24,000 nt of DNA from Negativicutes bacterium. Its GTDB lineage: Bacteria; Bacillota; Negativicutes; SG130. Location of the stretch: the NCBI GenBank assembly GCA_963667825.1, contig OY764022.1, positions 360,715-384,714 on the forward strand, given 5' to 3'. The position numbers and the translations under genes were made by a program. Under the pieces are notes generated by a model that did no database searches, had not been told where the DNA came from, and saw only the letters and a list, made by a program, of their open reading frames with translations. Positions 19,173-24,000 of this stretch are shown piece by piece; the first letter of the stretch is position 1; the number at the start of each line of letters is the position of its first letter.

Positions 19173-20675
19173 TTATCGATCCAAACAGCCATAACACAGT
19201 TCAAAGCTTTTATTGATCAGCGGAAAATCAGGAATAATATTGCCCGGAGCGGCTACGCTAAGTGCTGGCCAATTCGGATAGGATGCCGATCGGACAACAT
19301 AACGATAAATCGTTTCGTTTTCGCCCGCCATGATCCAGTGCAGATTCGACCCGCGTGCCGATTCGCTCCAGCCGAGCGCAGTCGTGAATGGCTTCATTTT
19401 CCCCAGCGGATTGCGCAAATGCCGCTCTAAAGGCAAAAGCATCGCCGTCGCCTGCTGAATCAAGTGCAATGATTCTTTGACTTCGTCGACTCTCACCCAT
19501 AAGCGTGCCGCGACATCGCCGCTTTCCTGAAGCGCAACAGTAAAATTCAGTTCCTCATACCCGCTGTACGGATGATCGCGCCGTTCGTCAATCGGAACGC
19601 CTGCGGCCCTTGCAGCCACGCCGACGATGCATAGGTCGGCAACCGCCTGCCGCGTCAGTATACCCGTTTTTTCAATACGGTCCGTGAACGACTCCATCTC
19701 CTGCAACATGGTCGCCAATGTTTCAAATTCCGCCGCAACAGCGCAAAGCGTTTCTTCCATATCTTTTTGGTGTTCCAATGACAGATCGAAAGAGACGCCG
19801 CCCGGCACAACCCAGCCGCGCAAAAAACGATTCCCGCACAATCTCCCGTTTAAACGCTGCAGCGTTTCTTTTAAGCGGCTACCCAAACTGACGCCTACGG
19901 CAAGACCGACGCCGGCGCATAGATTACCAACATCGCCCACATGATTGTAAATCCGCTCCAGTTCCGCCGCCACAATGCGCAAATAACGGGCGGTCGGCGA
20001 TACGGGCGTTGCCGTCAGTTTTTCCACGGCCTGTGCAAATGACAACGCATGCGATACCGAACAGGCGCCGCAAATTCTTTCCACTATAAAAGCAGCGCGC
20101 GCAATCGTTTGTCCCTCCAAGCCCTTTTCGATCCCCCGGTGCGTATAAAACAATCTTGCGTCCAACTGCAAAATTTCTTCGCCCGCCTGGCTAAAACGAA
20201 AATGACCCGGCTCAATGATGCCTGCATGGATGGGCCCAACCGGAACTTGGAACACGCCCGGACCACTGACCGATGACATCGGATATGAAAGCCGTTCACC
20301 TTCCTCGCCGCTCTCGCCTGCACTATCTTTGCGAAGCGGATGATACCCTTGCGCAAAACACTCGTGCAAGACCAGCGGACGTAAGTCGGGATGGCCTTCC
20401 GGAACGAGTCCGAACAGGTCATGAATCTCACGTTCATACCAGGCAGCGGCAGGCAAGGCCACTGCCATCGAAGGAAATTTCTCATCCCCCGGCCGGCAGA
20501 GCGTCCGCATGATTTCCCACTCGCCCGCTTTGGCAAAGACCGCATACACGGCAAAAGCGCCGCGCTGCTGCCGCTCGTCATTGGCAAACATGGCTGCCAA
20601 AGAAAAACCCTGTTCGACCAAATCCTCTCCGCGCAGTAACCAAACATTCTTATCCACATTCCAGGCCATTTTCAT
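19173..20675 (-). CDS. Group 4 [NiFe]-hydrogenase large subunit (HycE/HyfG-like, NuoC-NuoD fusion)
   Basis: The N-terminal NuoC-like part contains AAWYEREIHDLFGL. The NuoD/large-subunit part has the N-terminal Ni-binding motif RICGACSVSH and the C-terminal motif ELCYGCLDR, which sits at the very end of the protein. The true start is the ATG at 20675 (ATGA overlap with the upstream gene stop) or the ATG at 20669. The 666-aa track ORF is over-extended. Confidence 0.9.
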   Translation of the reverse strand: MKMAWNVDKNVWLLRGEDLVEQGFSLAAMFANDERQQRGAFAVYAVFAKAGEWEIMRTLCRPGDEKFPSMAVALPAAAWYEREIHDLFGLVPEGHPDLRPLVLHECFAQGYHPLRKDSAGESGEEGERLSYPMSSVSGPGVFQVPVGPIHAGIIEPGHFRFSQAGEEILQLDARLFYTHRGIEKGLEGQTIARAAFIVERICGACSVSHALSFAQAVEKLTATPVSPTARYLRIVAAELERIYNHVGDVGNLCAGVGLAVGVSLGSRLKETLQRLNGRLCGNRFLRGWVVPGGVSFDLSLEHQKDMEETLCAVAAEFETLATMLQEMESFTDRIEKTGILTRQAVADLCIVGVAARAAGVPIDERRDHPYSGYEELNFTVALQESGDVAARLWVRVDEVKESLHLIQQATAMLLPLERHLRNPLGKMKPFTTALGWSESARGSNLHWIMAGENETIYRYVVRSASYPNWPALSVAAPGNIIPDFPLINKSFELCYGCLDR

Positions 20676-22129
20676 CCCCCCATAACCAGCAGCACCGCTT
20701 GATGCAGCATCGCACTCAACCAGGCCGGCATCACCAAGCCTAAGAACAAGACGACGGAAAACGATATTCCAGCCGCCGCCAGCACGACCCGTTCCGCTTC
20801 TGACGACACCGCCTGCCGAGGCAGCGCACTGAAACAAATTTGCCAGCAATAATACAAAAGCCCCGCGCAAACTCCGGCCAAGAGCAACAGCAAACTTACG
20901 CCAAGCAAACGATCGCCGTTCTGAAACGCAGCCCAAATGATCGTCAGCTTGCTGATGAAGATGCCCATCGGCGGCACGCCGGTGATCGTTAGCAAGAGCA
21001 GCAGAAATAAACTGCCGGTCAGCGGCATCAGCCTGACAAGACCCCGGATGCGCAAAATATCCTTGGTGTGATAGCGTTGTGCAATCACGCCTGACAAATA
21101 AAACAGCGCCGATTTTATCAACGCATGATTGAGCAGATGCAGTAACGCGCCATACATTGCAAGCGGCGTCCAAATTCCTACGCCGACCAAAATAATCCCC
21201 ATATTTTCGACGCTTGAATAGGCCAACAACCGCTTCACGTCATGCTGCACCAAAATGAACGGTAGCGCAATCACAATCGAGAATAAGCCGAAACCAAGCA
21301 GCAGGGATTGCAAAAAAGCAGGCGGCACGGCGCCCTGAAAAAGTGCCAGGTGCCTTAAAAGCACATACATGGCGCAACTCAGCAAAGCGCCGGAAAGAAG
21401 TCCGCTGACCGGTGACGGCGCTTGGCTGTGAGCATCGGGCAACCAAGTATGCATCGGCGCCAAACCGATTTTCGTCCCATATCCGATTACAATGAAAATC
21501 AACGACAGTTTGACGAGTAGCGGGTTCAACGTACTGATCTCACGCCGCAGCACAAGCCAGCTCAGCGCATCGCTTCCGTTTCCGCCCGCTGCCGTCTGCG
21601 CATAATAAAGAATCATCAAACCGAGTAACGCCAGGCAGATCCCGACCGTGCAAACCATGACATATTTCCAGGCCGCCTCCAGCGCCGAACGGCTGACGTA
21701 AAAGGCCACCAAGAGCGCCGAAGCGAGCGTCGTGGCTTCGACCGCGACCCACATAATGCCCAGATTTTCCACCATCAAAACCAACAGCATCGTACAGATG
21801 AACAACTGCAAGAGCGCATAGTATTTGGCCAGTTCTTCTTTGACTATCCCTTCTTCCGCCAGATAAGGCCCCGAAACAAAACAGGCCGTCGCCTGCAAGA
21901 TGCCGACCACAATCAACAGCAATGCGCTGAGCGAATCGACGTAAAAAAGATTCCCTTGGATGACGCCATGCTGCGCAACCGCTCTCGCCACTATGCCAAT
22001 CAGCAGCAGCAAAATAAGGCTTCCTCCTTGGTTAATTCTTTGCAATGCATTTTTTCGTTCGTGCAAAAGAAAGCCCGCTGCAGCAATGGCCGCTGGAACG
22101 CCGACAATTAGGCCGAGTAAAACATCCAA
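20672..22129 (-). CDS. Hydrogenase-4 membrane subunit, NuoM/N / Mrp antiporter-like (HyfF/HyfD-like)
   Basis: 485 aa and polytopic (about 14 TM by eye), with the proton-pumping-subunit motif GLAPMHTWLPDAH(S). It sits between the hyfE-like and large-subunit genes. The start is TTG at 22129. Confidence 0.85.
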   Translation of the reverse strand: MDVLLGLIVGVPAAIAAAGFLLHERKNALQRINQGGSLILLLLIGIVARAVAQHGVIQGNLFYVDSLSALLLIVVGILQATACFVSGPYLAEEGIVKEELAKYYALLQLFICTMLLVLMVENLGIMWVAVEATTLASALLVAFYVSRSALEAAWKYVMVCTVGICLALLGLMILYYAQTAAGGNGSDALSWLVLRREISTLNPLLVKLSLIFIVIGYGTKIGLAPMHTWLPDAHSQAPSPVSGLLSGALLSCAMYVLLRHLALFQGAVPPAFLQSLLLGFGLFSIVIALPFILVQHDVKRLLAYSSVENMGIILVGVGIWTPLAMYGALLHLLNHALIKSALFYLSGVIAQRYHTKDILRIRGLVRLMPLTGSLFLLLLLTITGVPPMGIFISKLTIIWAAFQNGDRLLGVSLLLLLAGVCAGLLYYCWQICFSALPRQAVSSEAERVVLAAAGISFSVVLFLGLVMPAWLSAMLHQAVLLVMGG

Positions 22130-22135
22130 AAAGCA

Positions 22136-22762
22136 TCAACCTTTCAATTCTTGTAATTGACTCGTGTCCGTCGATAATCCTTTCAAGCGTAAACGACGAA
22201 TTAGGATCGAAAGAACAACGGCTACAACCAAGACATCAAAAAAGATTCCCAGTTCAATAATCAAGGGCAGACCATGCGTGATCGACAGGCCCACCAAATA
22301 CAAACCGTTCTCCATTGTCAGCAAACCGACGACCTGCATGAGCGCTTGGCGTCGCGTCATAATCAGCATCAAGCCTAAAAGCGTTAACGCGATCGCCGAC
22401 GCCAGCGCTTCGCCATTATCTGCGCCAATTTGCGCCTGTCCGACGATGCTGTGCGCCAGTACGAGACAAAGCCCCGCGGCCAGCGACGATAAATTATACG
22501 ACAAGATCGGATGGATTTCTCTTTCATGGCGGGACGCTTTCAGCATCCGCAGCAAAGAAAATGGAATCAGCCCCGCCTTTACTAAAAGAGTCAGTCCTGC
22601 AACCAGATAGCCGTGCAGACTCGCCGTTTCTGCCGCCACGACCACGCATACCGCTGCAACCATCAGCGATTGCGCCACTAAAAGCTGTACCGCAGTCTTC
22701 ATATGCGATACCCGGGTCAAGATGAAGGACGTCAGCATCAATAATACCGTCAGTATATTCAT
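22136..22762 (-). CDS. Hydrogenase-4 membrane subunit HyfE-like (NuoK-related)
   Basis: 208 aa and hydrophobic. It contains LTMENGLYLV (the MENG motif recalled from HyfE) and the C-terminal end ...LQELKG (E. coli HyfE ends ...LTALKG, from memory). An SD overlaps the upstream stop. Confidence 0.8.
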   Translation of the reverse strand: MNILTVLLMLTSFILTRVSHMKTAVQLLVAQSLMVAAVCVVVAAETASLHGYLVAGLTLLVKAGLIPFSLLRMLKASRHEREIHPILSYNLSSLAAGLCLVLAHSIVGQAQIGADNGEALASAIALTLLGLMLIMTRRQALMQVVGLLTMENGLYLVGLSITHGLPLIIELGIFFDVLVVAVVLSILIRRLRLKGLSTDTSQLQELKG

Positions 22763-22773
22763 ATTCCGTCTCC

Positions 22774-23628
22774 TTACTGCGCCAGCAGCGCCAACAAAGA
22801 TATCAGGCCCGATAACATGAGAAACTCCGGCACTTTAAAGAGTCTCATTTTGTTAGTGCTTGTCTCGGTTAACGCTAACAGCAGCGCGACCAGCATCACT
22901 TTTACCGCCAGCCAGGCCGCATGTCCCCACGGCAAAAACAATTGGCAGAACAATACAATAAAAAGAAGCTGTTTTAGGGCAGCCGCCAAATGTATTAAAG
23001 CCAGGCGGTGACCGGAATATTCGAGGATCATTCCTTCGTGAATCATCGTCAGTTCAAGATGCGTATCCGGATTATCGACGGGAATGCGTCCGGTCTCCGC
23101 CACCAGGACGAGATAGAAGGCAATCGCCGCCAACAGCTGCGTCAACTGAAGCGAACCGCTCTCTGCCGTTGCAGCCAGCAGCGCCATTTGCGTACTTTGC
23201 GCCGGCAACGCCAATGTGGCGGCCGCCAGCAGCAACGCCGGCTCGACTAACGCGGCAATGAACATTTCCCGCGCCCCGCCCATACCGCCAAACGCACTGC
23301 CGGCGTCGAGCGATGCCAATACAAGAAAAAATCGTCCGCTGGCCAACAGATAAATCATGACAATAAAGTCCATGGAAAAGAGCTGCACCGTCGCCGCAAC
23401 CGTCGCTGCCAGATATACGTAGGGCGCCGCCGCAAAAATCCATGATGTCGTCGGCGACACCACCGCATCCTTATGCAGCCACTTTATGATATCAAAATAC
23501 CCCTGTAACAGCCTTGGCCCGCGTCGGTTCTGCAATCGCGCTTTCGCAGCCTTGATCAGGCCATTTAGCAAAGGCGCGCTTGCAATCGCCGCAACGACAT
23601 TGGCTGTTTCCGTCAAATTCATCTCCAT
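22774..23628 (-). CDS. Formate hydrogenlyase/hydrogenase-4 membrane subunit HycD/HyfC-like (NuoH-like)
   Basis: APLLNGLIKAAKARLQNRRGPRLLQGY and EGMILEYSG match the HycD/NuoH signatures (RxxxRxGP, E..EY.G). The preferred start is the ATG at 23628 (TGATG overlap with the upstream stop). The ATGs at 23643 and 23622 are also possible. Confidence 0.85.
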   Translation of the reverse strand: MEMNLTETANVVAAIASAPLLNGLIKAAKARLQNRRGPRLLQGYFDIIKWLHKDAVVSPTTSWIFAAAPYVYLAATVAATVQLFSMDFIVMIYLLASGRFFLVLASLDAGSAFGGMGGAREMFIAALVEPALLLAAATLALPAQSTQMALLAATAESGSLQLTQLLAAIAFYLVLVAETGRIPVDNPDTHLELTMIHEGMILEYSGHRLALIHLAAALKQLLFIVLFCQLFLPWGHAAWLAVKVMLVALLLALTETSTNKMRLFKVPEFLMLSGLISLLALLAQ

Positions 23629-24000
23629 CACCTCGCACTCCACAGCAAGACGGCAACGGTCACGGCAAAAATATATCCGACATAAGCCTGCACACTGCCG
23701 CCTTGAATTTGTTTCATAATTTGAGCCGCTTGCACCAGTCTGCGCTGTAGCGGTTCATAAATCTGCGTACTGAACAGATAGTGCAATCGAATCTCATAGC
23801 TCAGTTTCTGTCCGTGATAACGATGCGAACTCTGGTTGATCAATTGCTCTTCATGCGGATGAACGACACGGCGAAAGGCTCTTTTCGCCGCCTGAGAAAA
23901 CCCGCTGGCCGTGTATTCCATCTGGCGATCCGGTACAATGCCGCAAGTCCACGTTTCTCCCTGAGTCTGCCTTTCCTTGCCGCCTAAACGAGCCAAGCCC
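23628..24000 (-). CDS. Hydrogenase-4/FHL membrane subunit HyfB/HycC-like (NuoL-like), C-terminal fragment; gene continues beyond the window
   Basis: The reading frame is open to base 24000 (the codon upstream of the track start is GGC, not a stop). The tail ...ETWTCGIVP...YEIRLHYLF...VGYIFAVTVAVLLW resembles the C-terminal extension of HyfB/HycC-type subunits. It sits directly upstream of the hycD-like gene. The assignment rests largely on context. Confidence 0.7.
   Translation of the reverse strand, partial: GLARLGGKERQTQGETWTCGIVPDRQMEYTASGFSQAAKRAFRRVVHPHEEQLINQSSHRYHGQKLSYEIRLHYLFSTQIYEPLQRRLVQAAQIMKQIQGGSVQAYVGYIFAVTVAVLLWSAR

Noticed and set aside
20676-21173. 166-codon upstream extension of the hydrogenase large-subunit ORF, overlapping the hyfF-like gene in another frame
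   Set aside because: The extension is Ala/Arg/Gly-rich with no domain character. The ATG at 20675 forms a classic ATGA stop/start overlap with the upstream gene, and the NuoC-like domain starts just after it.
1-24000. Search for CRISPR repeats, IS elements/transposases, integrases, tRNA/rRNA genes, toxin-antitoxin or defence islands
   Set aside because: No direct-repeat arrays, inverted terminal repeats or recombinase-like ORFs were seen. Every gap longer than 60 nt is explained by promoters, terminators, CIRCE or the T-box. The window is essentially conserved core genome, apart from the chaperonin insertion and the hydrogenase module.

Overview
The window looks like a Bacillota (Firmicutes) core-genome segment, roughly mid-50s % GC by eye (not computed), and almost everything is on the minus strand. 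In minus-strand transcription order it holds three blocks. (1) 24000->18435: a Hyf/Hyc-type group 4 membrane-bound [NiFe] hydrogenase module, consisting of the hyfB-like 3' end, hycD/hyfC-like, hyfE-like, one hyfF/D-like antiporter subunit, the large subunit, and a fused ferredoxin plus small subunit. It is followed by ridA. lgt sits on the plus strand. (2) A T-box-controlled leuS, then comEA-comEC, holA and rpsT (plus strand). (3) lepA, hemW, and a CIRCE/HrcA-controlled heat-shock operon hrcA - [thermosome-like chaperonin] - grpE - dnaK - dnaJ. The order comE-holA-rpsT-lepA-hemN/W-hrcA-grpE-dnaK-dnaJ matches the classic Bacillus/Clostridium arrangement. The most unusual element is a 529-aa archaeal-type (group II/'group III') chaperonin inserted between hrcA and grpE and translationally coupled to hrcA. 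This class has been reported in a few Firmicutes, as far as I recall, so it is rare rather than wholly new. The second point of interest is the compact hydrogenase: a HycF-like ferredoxin domain is fused to the HycG/NuoB-like small subunit, the large subunit ends exactly at the C-terminal Ni-binding motif, and only one HyfD/F-type subunit is present. I found no rRNA, tRNA, CRISPR array, transposase/integrase or recognisable defence system. All intergenic gaps are short and are explained by promoters, terminators, CIRCE or the T-box. I do not see a clearly undescribed multi-gene system here.
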